Source: Lama guanicoe
Taxonomy: Eukaryota
DNA: 64,000 nt
NCBI GenBank assembly: GCA_013239625.1
Contig: MU056050.1
Coordinates: 2,156,084 to 2,220,083 of the forward strand
Direction of reading: 5' to 3'
The notes below the pieces were generated by a model. That model made no database searches and was not told where the DNA came from. It was given only the letters and a program-made list of their open reading frames with translations. This document shows, piece after piece, positions 26,385 to 38,940 of the stretch. The translations under genes and the position numbers were made by a program. Position 1 is the stretch's first letter; each line of letters opens with the position of its first letter.

Positions 26385-27365
26385 TTTTTTTTAGGATTAT
26401 CATTTTATTTTTTCTTAAGATGGAATTGACATATGACATTATATTAATTTTTAAGTATCCAACATAATGATTTGATGTATGTATATATTATGAAATGATC
26501 ACCACAATAAGTTCAGTTAACATCTATCATCAGCACCATAGCTACAAGTTTTTTTTCTTATGATGAGAACTTTTAAGATCTACTCTCTTTGCAACTTTCA
26601 AAAATACAATGCAGTATTGTTAACTATAATCACCATGATATACATTACCTTCCCAGGACTCATCTACCTTATAATTGGACATTTATACCTTTTGACCACT
26701 TTTATTTATTTTCCATATTTCTCAGCCCCCACCTCTGGCAACTACCAGTCTATTCATTGTTTCTATGAGTTCACTTATTTTTTTTAGATTCCACATATAA
26801 GTGAGGTCATACGGTATTTGTCTTTTTCTGTTTAACTTATTTCACTTAGCATAATGCCCTCTTGGTCCATCTGTGTGTCACAAATGGTAGGATTTCTTTC
26901 TTTTTATGGCTGAGTAATATTCCACTATGTACATATCTGTATATGTATATATATATATAATTGAAATATAATTGTCATGTGACTATATATATCACATCTT
27001 CTTTATCTGTTCATCATTTGATGGACACTTAGACTTGTTCCATGTGTTGGCTATTGTAAATAATTTTGTAGTGAACATGAGGGTGCAGATATCTCTTTGA
27101 GACAGAGACTTCATTTCCTTCAGATAAATACCCAGAAGTGGAATTGCTGGATCATAGGGTAGTTCCATTTTTAATTTTTTAAGGAACCTCCATACTGTTT
27201 CTCTGGCAGCTGTACCAATTTACATTCCTACCAACAGTGCACGAGGGCTCCCTTTTCTCTACATCCTCGCCAACACTTGATATTTGTCTTTTTGATAATA
27301 GTCATCCTAACAGATGTGAGGTAATATCTCACTGTGGTTTTGATTTGCATTTCCCTAATGATTTA
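26385..27365 (-). mobile_element. L1 (L1MA9-like) 3' UTR and ORF2 end
   Basis: gatgagaacttttaagatctactctc, ttttagattccacatataagtgag, atacccagaagtggaattgctggatcata, gtggttttgatttgcatttccctaatg are hallmark L1M 3' sequences. Confidence 0.9.
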
Positions 27366-29126
27366 AATCTTTTTTATGGACTAAATCTGCACACTTTAGA
27401 GGAGCTTATACAAATTTATTTTTTCATACCACTGCCTATTCACTGCTTTGCCATCCTTAGATTTAGCAGGTAACAGGAGAAATCAATATTTTATGGGGTA
27501 TCTACAATGTGTCAGGCATTATGTTAGGCACAAAAAATGGACAAGAGTAAAAGTATCCAAAAGTTACTACAGAGTAGTTTATGCCTGCTCAGACGTTACA
27601 GAGGCTGTACAAAAGAGAGGGATGACAATCTCAGTTCTGGATTATTCATTGGTAACCCATTATGTACAACTTAACGGTCTCAGAACTTACTGAAAATAAC
27701 TGTTCAGGCTTATAAGCCAAACCCTTCAAATAACTTAAGAAAATGGAATATTTAAATAGATGGTTACAAATTTCAGATTACTTTGGCTTAGTACTAGTCA
27801 TTATGGAACCTTGCTCTATATCAATCAGACAAAAAGCCCACTTTAAAAAATGATGTACAATATTTTGATTAGGAAATAAAATTGTCTAGCAATTTAAATC
27901 CTGATGCTTAATTTATTCTATATTTTATGAACATTTCCTTCTGGGGCTTTTTTTTTATATGTTTACATACTGGTAAGTAGAAGCTGAAAAAGTAGAAAAT
28001 TAAATAGCTCTTTTGGCATGGCTTAGAAGGGACTACATTAAGATTGCTGACAATTTATGTAGTCAGCTGGGGAAAAATCACCACCACGTTGGCTTTATGT
28101 AGTGCTAGGATGGGAGGACACAAAGTTTTTTTTCCATGAAAGAACATATGCCCCCTGTTACAGTCATACTTGATGATTTGGCCCTGAAAGAAAAATAACA
28201 TGAGAAAAGTCAGAAAAGTAAATTGATAGTTGTAAAAATGACAATGTATTCAATCACAATTGTATTGGGACATACTGTATAGAGAGAAAACTCCCCCTAG
28301 GGCATTTTGCTTCATTTTTTTTTTAAATCAACAGAATTCTATACCAGTATCTGTCACCCCTGCAAAACAGAGGCCAGCTTATTTTAACCATACTTTGTTG
28401 ATTCATTTAATGAAAACTATCCACCATGTCCAACTGCAGACGATCAAATCCCTTGTAGTAAGTGGCTAGCCTCAGCCTTAGTAAAGCGTATCAGTACAGT
28501 ACATCCAAGGAATAGAAAGTCAATGTTCTTGCCAGAGAAGGGTAGTATCATGAAGTACTGCATGTGAATTGTCAATGTTATCAGATTTAAAGCTCAGAAA
28601 CAATTGTAATTTTCTACAATGGAAAACCAGGTTTGGATTTTGCTCCCCCCAGGAAACAAAAACTGATTTATTGCTGGCCAGAGGTCCTAGTTCACCAGAA
28701 ATGTGGCCCAGACAGGAATGATTAATGTCTCCCTCGAAATTAATTTCAAGCTGTCTAACTTAGCTATTTCCATTTTCCCCTAAGTAAACACCAAATCTGA
28801 ATTTTCTATTATAAACAGCAATAACCCAGTCTTGCTTTAGGATATGCTGTTTCCTCTCCAATCTACATATGCCATCCTTTAACTTCACATTTCTTTCTTT
28901 CTCTATAAAGGACCCAGCCTTTTAGTAGTCACTCACTCAATATGAAACACAGTATTTAGAGCAAAAGAGAGATTCCCTTGAGCCATTTGATCTTAATAAT
29001 CTTAACATGTGCAGCCATGAGGTAAGATGCATCATTCTAGAATGGATCAAAGTCAGCCTTGTGCAGAGAAATCTCCAGATTCAAACAATTAAGAAGGTGA
29101 CTTCGTAGAGCAAGAGTTGGAGATGA

Positions 29127-29411
<285 letters not shown>

Positions 29412-31509
29412 TGAAGACACAAAAAAAGTAAGACCTCAGTCTTGAGAAAAGGCATACTAAAAGGAATAGGATCAGAATCTATAGAATGTTCAAAGTGTAC
29501 AGAAAGACTGGCATAGATATTTCTTCATCAAAAATCTAGAAATCTAAAATTAGAAAGTTCTTCTTGAAGCTTGGTAGATGGTAAATTTAGGGCAAATGAA
29601 TATTTAGTTCTATACTACAGTGTGGGTAGTAAACCAAGCTCAGTGCCTTCAAAAGTTACGGGTTGAACACGTAAATGTCTTCCAAAACTTCAGACTTTCC
29701 AGAAGTATGATGTTACTTAGGGGGACTCGGATATTCTGTAGGAAGCACTGAACTTCATGGTAGACATTACCAAGGACAAGAGCATCCTCTGGCTCACTGG
29801 CAAATTATTAGCCTGGATGGACTGTGCAACTGAGCCAGTGTGATAGTACTTCTGTTGTCAAAAACAACCTTTATACTATTCTACATGGTGAAATGCAGGA
29901 ACCTGGTACATTTCTAGGCCTACTTAAGAAGCTTTTCCCCAATGCTCTAGAGAAAAAGCCTAAATAAAAGTACAAGGAATCAATGGCTAGACAGTCAAAT
30001 AGGTCACTTGTTTTTAGTACTTACTGGGTGGGAGATCATTTAAGGCTGCGAGCAGCATCCTTTGAACAGATTCCATTATTTACACTAGGAGCAGCATCAC
30101 CCATTCATTGCAGCTTTCCAAGCAAGAGCTCTTTCCTGAATATTTTGTTTTATGCTACATGCGCCTGCATGCATTAAAATGAGCCTTCCAGAGTACAAGA
30201 CTCTCTTATTTCTACTTATTTAATTGTCCTGATGTTTGGAACATCCAAATCAACAAAGAGATAGGCCATGGTAAGGTAATTCTGTGCACAACCCAGAAAC
30301 AAAGAACTTGTAATGGCCTCAGAACGCACCTCATTTTGTGTAGTTGGCTCTCTTACTGCTGTCTTAAATTTGCCAAGTTGGAAGCATTCAATCAAAAGGG
30401 GTTAGTAGCCCCTGTGTCTCTCTCCAAGAAAGAGATATGACTCATTCTCCCATCATGCAGATTTTTATGTCATTATGTCAGTTCCCTAACAAATGCCCTA
30501 AGTGTAGTTTTATGGAGGTAGCACTGCACAATTTTGAAGAGCAGTTAATTAAATTCAACCTTCATAGCAGCTACAAGATTTGTGTTGTCAGGTGAAACAT
30601 AATGATGAGTGAAATATAAAACTCCCTCAGAGTGAATCAAAAAGAGTTTTCATCAACAAAACCTCAAGGGGCAAGTGCCAGCATCTCCAGTTGACTCCCC
30701 ATTCATGACACAAAAGATTCTCTTCCCCCAATACAAAACTGGCTACCAGAGTGAAGGACGAGAAATTAATTTGGCTAGAAAAAAATTAGATCGATCATAT
30801 TATTGTACAAAGAGTTCCTGCTTGTCTAACTCACTAATAAAGCTCAAGCTATAAGCCAGGTAAGTACCTTCTTCCCCAGGCCCTCATGAGCGAACACTCA
30901 GCCGAAAGGATGCTTTACCTCTTTCCACAGGCCAGCCTCTTCCTAAGGCCTCAGAGAGGCTGGAAAGTATCAACCTCTTCCCAAAGTACATGTTGCCTTG
31001 TGATAAATGCTCAGTGAAATGCCACTATTCAGAGGACTGCAAGGGAGGATGGTCTGAAGTGCTAAAGATTTTACCACATTAAAAGAAATCCCATTTTGTT
31101 TGAGTTAATTAAAAGTGAGAGTGCATGATGTAAAAGCTTCCCTCATTGTGACTAGCATTTAGTTGTTGCTCAGTCAGTCATTTTCTTCCTTCAAAGAAGT
31201 CTGGCAAACAAAATCACTGCCCGATACAGGCTCCTAAGGGGCCTGTTCTAATGAATAAATAATCACACCATTCATTTAGCAAATATTTATTGAACACCAA
31301 AGACTATGTATCAGGCTCCTGGTTAATATGCAAACACGAAATAAGATGAGGGGAGCTCATATTTAATTTGTTAATATGTAAACAAATGCTTTTAAAAAAA
31401 CTTAAAGCCACTTGCAAATTGAGCAATCATTATCCTCACCATCTATCGATGGTGCAAAGATTAACCTCAGCCTGATCTACTGAAATAAGTCACAATTCTA
31501 AGTCATTGA

Positions 31510-31770
31510 AACTTGTTCACTTGTTCGGTAAACATTTATTGGGCACCTGCACTATCCCAGGCTCTGTGTTAATTGCTGAGAACACAGAAAAAGAATGTCT
31601 TTCATCTTGAGATGCTCCCAATCTAGCAGGGGAGATGGAAATAAATAGATGATTAAAATGTTACGGTGAAGTTCCACACAGAGTGCTATGGGAACCCAGA
31701 GGAGAAGCACCTAATATAGACTGGGGTAGAGGGTGGAGAGGATTAAAGAAGAGATCCCAGATGGGATGGT
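31510..31770. mobile_element. L2 LINE 3' relic
   Basis: aaacatttattgggcacctgcactatcccaggctctgtgtt...tctagcaggggaga...gagtgctatgggaacccagaggagaagcacctaa. Confidence 0.7.
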
Positions 31771-32924
31771 GGGAAACTGTCACTGACATTCACATCCTTA
31801 AAAATAGACTTCTCTCTGAGTGTTAGTCCAATTCTACTTCTACTCACCAAAAGTTCTAGTCAGACTAGGCTGTTGTCCAGTTTGCAGATCATGATCAGAG
31901 AGGCTGAATCTTTAGAAATATACAATTCTCGGTAAGATTTGAAGCCCTTGCTATTTTCAGTCATGAAGAATTTCCTTAATAAGTTCCTCTGCCAGTGTCT
32001 CTACCCTGCCTGTCTCCTTTCCTAGAATTCAATGCTCAAAATAGTGTGTAAAGAACCCCTCGTGCATCCCAGTATGCATCAGACCCATCCTACTGGATAA
32101 GTCATTTCTCCCTCAACGAAGGATCTTTATTTAATGAGAAGTGTGACACCCCCTTCTCCGCAAGCCTAAGCTGACAATAGTGCTTAGGTTTTTTGGGAGA
32201 GTAGGACGATCATTTTGTCCTTGGGAAGTCACACTGGAGCCTTTCTGCTTCAACAGATACTCCATGGTCTCCTACTGGTGGTAAACAAGCCCCCTTCCCT
32301 TTAAAAAGATGCTCCCTAATATTTGCCATCAGTTTTCTCTTCTGCAGCACAAGCCCCTTCCCACCACTTCTGACGTGTCTAACAAACAGCTTGTCACTTT
32401 TCTATAAGTGACAACAAAGAATTCCATCCTTTCATCCCGGGAAAATAAGACAGATTGGTTTTCTTTGAAGCAAATTCCTTGACCCATACTCACCAAATAA
32501 GTAATTCAAGTTGGTAACAATAATGACGTATTTATAAAGGGTCTTTCATCCAGTGTCCTTGAACTATAAAATAGGTAAGGAAATCTCTCCACCCAGGAGA
32601 GATGGCCTCTTGATAGTTCATAGCACTGGGCCTAGATGCAGGACAAGTTGTGCCATACATACACCTCCATTTGGCATCCCAACCACGTGTCCAGGCTATT
32701 CCAGTACCCCTGCCTTTCTTATGTGGTACTCCATACTCCTGGTTCCCTAGACTTAACAAAGTTCATCAGTCTGTGGATTATCCCTCCGTGGCCTGGCTCT
32801 CCACTACCCGTCTGTAGCTGGGTATACGTTAAAGAAGAGCAAAAACTCACCCCTGTTACTATGGTAGCTGGTACATGTGTAGCCCTCTCAAGAAACAGAA
32901 CTAAATTTATTTTGACTAATAATA

Positions 32925-33150
32925 ATAATAATATAGCTAACATGTATTGCAATGCTTACTACATGCCTGATCTAAACATTCCATGTGTTTAACTCATTTC
33001 ATCCTCCCAACAACTCTGTGGGATAGGCACTGCTAGGACTTCCCGCTTTACAGATCAGGACACTGAGGTACAAAAGCATTAAGGAGCATACGCAGGGTCA
33101 TGCAGTTAGTAAGTGATGACGCTAGGGTGTGGATCCAGAGCCCACGCTAC
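32925..33150 (-). mobile_element. MIR SINE
   Basis: aatatagctaacatgtattgcaatgcttactacatgcc...taactcatttcatcctccc...tttacagatcaggacactgagg. Confidence 0.8.
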
Positions 33151-33522
33151 TGAAGCCAGCTTATGCTTGGATACAGGGAATACTAAGACACAGCCACAGC
33201 CCTCAAGGAACTCACAGTTCAGAAGAACGCATTATCCTAGTTAAGAATACTCTTTAAGCTACTCCCTTAAGAAGAGACTTAATTGGTAGAAATTTCAGGT
33301 CCTTGAAAAAGTAGTGGCTCTTACTGTAACATATAAGTAACTGCCTATCATACCCACTCAAAGCTTCATTAACTGAAAGGCATACATAGAAAATACTGGG
33401 GAGGAAATGAAGATCTGTACAGAACTGATCTGGCCGATGTAGCTCAATGGCTCAAGGTAGAAGCTCCCCAAGATTCCAAGGTCTGTCAGCAGACCTTATC
33501 GCAGGGATCTAGAAGGCAGTAA

Positions 33523-33687
<165 letters not shown>

Positions 33688-34288
33688 TAGTCTCTCAGAA
33701 GGTGACAGCCCTCAGATGCAAGAAAACAGGTGTTAGGAAACACACACAAAGCAAATTCCCACACACTGTTCTTGCCTTTCCATTTGGTTAGTAGTGTAGA
33801 TATGATGCAGAGCTGTTTTGTAATCGCAGTGTTCCATCTACACATTTTAAAAGGCGTATTTCCTTCTGAGGCTGATCCTATAAAAGTGGTAGACTCAAGA
33901 GTTATTAATAGCTTCCTATAACACAGGGAAGGAATTACAAATTTTATAGCATGTTATTTAAGCAGAAGCTGCCAAGATACACACAATTTTAGCAAAAAAA
34001 TTGGAAAGCAGGTATCTCCCCATTTTGTCAACTCGCTCAGCAAAAGGACTCTGGACCAAATACTGTTCTCTGCAACTAAGTTTCATAATGACCACTTTGC
34101 TTCTATCATACTAATAGTTGAGTCAGTCATGAAGTGGGAATGTAGTAGCTATTTGATAAAATCTTAGAACAGAAATATCTTGTACCATTTCTACATGATA
34201 CTCAACTGGTTTCCCACCCTCACATCCCAGCTCTCCTACAGTTCAATGCAAAGGTTTTTGGGGTTTTTTGGGGTTTTTTTTTTTTTTT

Positions 34289-34468
34289 NNNNNNNNNNNN
34301 NNNNNNNNNNNNNNNNNNNNNNNNNNNNNNNNNNNNNNNNNNNNNNNNNNNNNNNNNNNNNNNNNNNNNNNNNNNNNNNNNNNNNNNNNNNNNNNNNNNN
34401 NNNNNNNNNNNNNNNNNNNNNNNNNNNNNNNNNNNNNNNNNNNNNNNNNNNNNNNNNNNNNNNNNNNN
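34289..34468. other. Assembly gap (180 N) in intron 8
   Basis: Run of N flanked on both sides by GGG(T)n. Confidence 0.99.
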
Positions 34469-34787
34469 GGGTTTTTTTTTTTTTTTGCTATCTGAGTTTA
34501 AAGAAACAAAAAGGCTGATCATCCTACAGTGGGCTAACTTACTTTACCAAACATCAATAAAGGCGCGGGGGGGGATGGGAACCCCCAAGATGAAAGACTA
34601 GCGTATCTGTGTGTGTGTCAGTTTTGGGGTCCTGGTAGAGGTGGCAAGACAAAGGGAGAGAGGACCTCAATCCCTGTAAAGCTCAAGCAACTAAAAAAAA
34701 AGTTTCAATCCACAACAGCACTCAGATTTCATGCAGCACTTTTTGAGTGAAAAATAAGCAACCAGGCCAAATGTCTGCTCTTTCTAG

Positions 34788-34949
<162 letters not shown>

Positions 34950-35291
34950 TGAAAAGGATTATTCAGCCAGTAGGAAAGACCTCAAGTTCAAACAGTGGAA
35001 ACTTCCAACAAGTCAGCTTAGGAACCTTTTGAAGTATCTTGCCATGATGATGAACAGAATGTCATTTAAAAAGAATAGGAAGTTGGAGCGGTTTTAGCTA
35101 TTATTATCCTCCTTACCACCCCCATACCATGGACGGATGCTTCATCTGGACTTGAAATCTAATTCTTCATTGCCGGGGGAGATAGCATTGTATGGAGGAC
35201 AGAGCAGATGAGCGTTCTAACACTAGGTCTGCCACTAACCTGGGTTTAACAGTACAAGTCACAACTTCTCTAAGCCTCAGTTTGTGTTATT

Positions 35292-35451
35292 TTTTAATAT
35301 TTTATTTATTTATTATTGTATTATTTAATTCTTTTATTTTGGTGGGGAGAGGGAGGTAATTAGGTTTATTTTAGAGGAGGTGCTGGGGATTGAACCCAGG
35401 ACCTCATGCATACTAAGCATGTGCTCTACCACTTGAGCTATACCCTCCCCC
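35292..35451 (-). mobile_element. tRNA-Ala-derived SINE (camelid Vic-1-like), inserted in a MIR
   Basis: Minus strand GGGGGAGGGTATAGCTCAAGTGGTAGAGCACATGCTTAGTATGCATGAGGTCCTGGGTTCAATCCCCAGCACCTCC with Pol III A and B boxes and an AT-rich tail; 14-bp TSD CAGTTTGTGTTATT at 35278-35291 and 35452-35465. Confidence 0.9.
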
Positions 35452-36226
35452 CAGTTTGTGTTATTGTTTAATTTATGGAGTGGGCATAATAATAACCTTC
35501 TGCCTATGTCATAAGACATTTCAAGGCAATATTCACCATGTAAAGCTTTTCTGAAAAATTCAAAGCACTACTAAGATGTGAAATAGTATTTTCATTTATT
35601 TTGATGTCTTTCTAAAAACTTGTATGTTTCATTGCTGAATGAAGTACAAACCTGGGCTAAAAATGAGTATGCCACTAGGTCTAAAATTGTGGTTAATTGA
35701 ATGGAGATTCAGCTGAAGTTTACTTTCATTTAAACATACATGTGAAATATTCACTTTGTCCTAGGTGCTGTACTCGGCCCTGAGAATATAAAAATGAATA
35801 AGCCACAGACCCTGACCTCACAAAAGTCACAGTGCTTCCCTGGGCCTTGCCTGGGCTGGCTGTGGTTCCTACATGGCAAATCCCAAGAAATCAAAGGCAG
35901 TTCACCATCATGTAACTGAGGGAAATACCGTTGCCCAATTTGACTAAATCAAGACTTTACAGGTGGAAACTGGTTCTTCTTTCAAACTTTCAAAAACAAC
36001 TAAAATCCTTCTCTACTTTCTGAAATCATCAATTAAGGACTCCAAGGAATATGTACCCCATGAATATTCGATTGAGGCTCTTCTGCTTATTAAGCAAACA
36101 TTTTTAAAGGCTTTCTTAACACACCAAACCTCAATAGCCACAGGGGGGAAAAACTTCATTATTACATGTATTATCTCTTAGAAAAATAATGGGAGTAATC
36201 CTTTCATCTCCCTTCTGGTCCCAAAG

Positions 36227-36433
36227 GAATCACCATACGTAATGTATAAGAAAAACCATGAGCAATTGGAAGGAAATGAACGATATGAAGGCTATTGTGT
36301 AGACTTAGCCTATGAAATAGCCAAACACGTAAGGATCAAATACAAATTGTCCATTGTCGGAGACGGGAAATATGGTGCAAGGGATCCGGAGACTAAAATA
36401 TGGAACGGCATGGTTGGGGAGCTTGTCTATGGG
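36227..36433 (+). CDS. GRIA3: GluA3 coding exon (exon 10 equivalent), ligand-binding S1
   Basis: Acceptor ...ctggtcccaaag| (AAG type), 207 nt encoding [69 protein letters not shown], donor |gtaagt. Confidence 0.98.
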
Positions 36434-36689
36434 GTAAGTTTTTTCAACTCTGTTTTCATTTACTTCTATGCCTTCCAATTAACAAAGAAAATAGAGGATT
36501 TACTTTTCAAGTGTAATACTTAGCCAATTGTATAGTTTTCATATGGTCTATATGAAAAAAATTTTATTTTACAGTTGCATTCTGTAAAGGTAGCTTGTGA
36601 ATAGCAGCCTTTCGGCAACAGGATTATTTTACTAAAAGGAAAATAGAATTGGGGAACTTTATTTGGCAACATTAAGTACAGCCTGCCCT

Positions 36690-37595
36690 CTACTGAAAAT
36701 CTCTTCCTTCTGTGTTCCCCGTCTCAGGCAGCAGAGTCACCACCTACCTAGTTGCCTAAGCAACCAGGTCATCTTCTCATTGCTCCCCTCATATCTAGTC
36801 AGTCACCATGTCCTATCAATCCTACTCCTCTGTCTTTCAACTCCAGGTACACTCTTTCTTCCCACCATAATCATCTTAGTTACGGTTCTTACCAATGACA
36901 GCCTTTACTTGGTTTCCCTGCCTCTGCTCTTACCCTGGCAAATCAGATCCACATTATTGTAAATTCTCACTTTAGAAATTAGGGTAAAATTTAAATTCCT
37001 TAGCATGGCAAATAAGGGCACTTCATAATTTGGCCCCCGCCTCCCTTTCCAGCTCCATCTTGTACCCTTTCTCCTTCACACCCAATGTCCCAGCTACAGC
37101 AAAATATGTGTTGTTCCCTGACCCTGAAGGCATACCTGGAAGTACCTTCACCTCTCTTCTGCTAGCACCACCTACCAGTCTTTCAGAACTCAGAGGTATC
37201 GCCTTTTTCAGGAAGCCTGCCCTAATCCTATCTACCCGTCTACAGTCTGGTTTGCTGCCCCTGTTTTCTGCTTCCTTATAATATTTTTTTGCTTTCTCAT
37301 AGTATTTGGTGGGGGGCAGTAATTAGGTCTATTTCTTTCTTTAATTTTTAGAGGAGGTACCAGGACTGAACCCAGGACCTCATGCATGCTAAGCATGTGC
37401 TCTACCACTTGAGCTATACCCTCCCCCCATTCTCATAGTACTTTTGAATCTGTATTATAATGATCTGTTTACAAGCTCAGCTATCCGAGCTAAGCTATGA
37501 ATTCCTTGAAGACAGAGACATATCTGACCAATTTCAATATCCCATGGCCTGGCATAGAACACAAGTTCAATAAATATGTATTGAATGAATGAATG
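36690..37595. mobile_element. L2 LINE relic (3' portion)
   Basis: aaattccttagcatggc...ttcaggaagcctgccct...tatgaattccttgaagacagaga...tggcctggcatag...caataaatatgtattgaatgaatgaatg (L2 3' terminus). Confidence 0.7.
37305..37429 (-). mobile_element. tRNA-Ala-derived SINE (camelid Vic-1-like), inserted in an L2 relic
   Basis: Nearly identical head to the 35.3-kb copy; 11-bp TSD TTCTCATAGTA at 37294-37304 and 37430-37440. Confidence 0.9.
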
Positions 37596-38704
37596 GAATC
37601 GCTCTGCCAAGGGCTTGCCCATCGGCCAAGTACAAAAGAATTTTACTAATAGTTAGGGTTTTTAAAAGGGGTACAGTAGTATCTTCTAAGCTCCTCAGGA
37701 TCTTAGCTTCAAAAGGTTTTGACCTCCGATTGGGAATGTCAGATCTTGGGCTGCCCAGTGAGACATATGGAAACAAGCAAAACTGGGCAGAAGAACCGTC
37801 CACTGGGTGAGTCAGTCACTATGAAACTAACTCAAGTGCAGGCAAGGGTGGCAGAGGTTTAGTTTTAACAGACAAAGATTACTTGCAATGACCAGTCCCT
37901 GTCTAGACAACAGGTTAGGGGAAGGCAGAGGAATCTAAGGGGTGAATATATTGAGAAGAATCTGACAAGAAGCAAATATCCAAGTTAGCTGTTGGAATGA
38001 GGTTTAGGATAAGGACTCTAGCGCTTGAGATAGGAATCAGCAAGAATCAAGCATCGCTCTCCAATCATAAGATAGTACTGGGGTCACTAAATAAGTTTTT
38101 GGAACAGGTCCTCAGGAACAAGCACAAAGACAGAAGCTCATTTCTAAAAATAAGGGCATGGAAAAGGAATTAAGGCTTAAATGAGAGTGGACCTCAAGTA
38201 TCAAAACTAGGGCACCATCCTCCAGTCAGGCAAGCTGCAAGGCAATTTGAACCTTAGCCCTAGCAAAGGGGCTGGAGCCAGGTATCTCCTGTTTTGGGTC
38301 AAGCCTGGCCCTGGGAACTGGGGCAGGGCTGAGTTGCAGATGAGATTCAGGTGAACCCAGTTATGAGAAAGAAAACGTCTAAGACCAGAGAGAGGGGCTG
38401 AAGAAAGGACAGGGCACCCATCATGCTTTCTGAGGACCCTAAGCTGAAATATCTTGACACAGCTCTACGCTCTTACTTTACAAGTTGGTAATCAAGTCTT
38501 CTATTTCCTGGCCTTCATCTCCCCAACATTCAGGCTCCAAGAGGTCCTGTCTTGCTCACAGCTCTTCCCTGCTCTTAGCACATGACTGGATACATAAGAG
38601 ATGCTCACTGTTTGCTTTAATGAATGAATGCCTGGCATGTAACACTGCCCAGCCAATATTCATTCAACTGAGTTCACAGTGGGAGGTAATCCTATAAGAG
38701 TTTT

Positions 38705-38940
38705 ATTATTATTATCAGCTACCATTTGTGGCATATTTACTGGTTGTGAGAAATTTTGTGAAGTGCTTTACAAGCATCATGTTAACTTAATCCTCAAAAC
38801 ATTAACATTATTCTACAGATGAGAACAATTGAAGCCTAGGGAAATGACGTTTCTTGCCAAGACCAAACAGCTTATACTGACACAGTGATTTGAACCCAGG
38901 TCTCTTGACTGTGAAGTTTGTGTTCTTTAACCATTGCCTC
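38705..38940 (-). mobile_element. MIR SINE
   Basis: aagtgctttaca...ttaatcctcaaaac...ttctacagatgagaacaattgaagcctaggg...gatttgaacccaggtct. Confidence 0.75.

Noticed and set aside
34180..34522. ORFs spanning the N run
   Set aside because: Artefacts of translating the assembly gap.
35292..37429. tRNA-Ala genes, or an inverted SINE pair driving dsRNA/circRNA around exon 10
   Set aside because: They have TSDs and AT-rich tails (SINEs, not tRNAs), and both lie in the same orientation, so they cannot base-pair.
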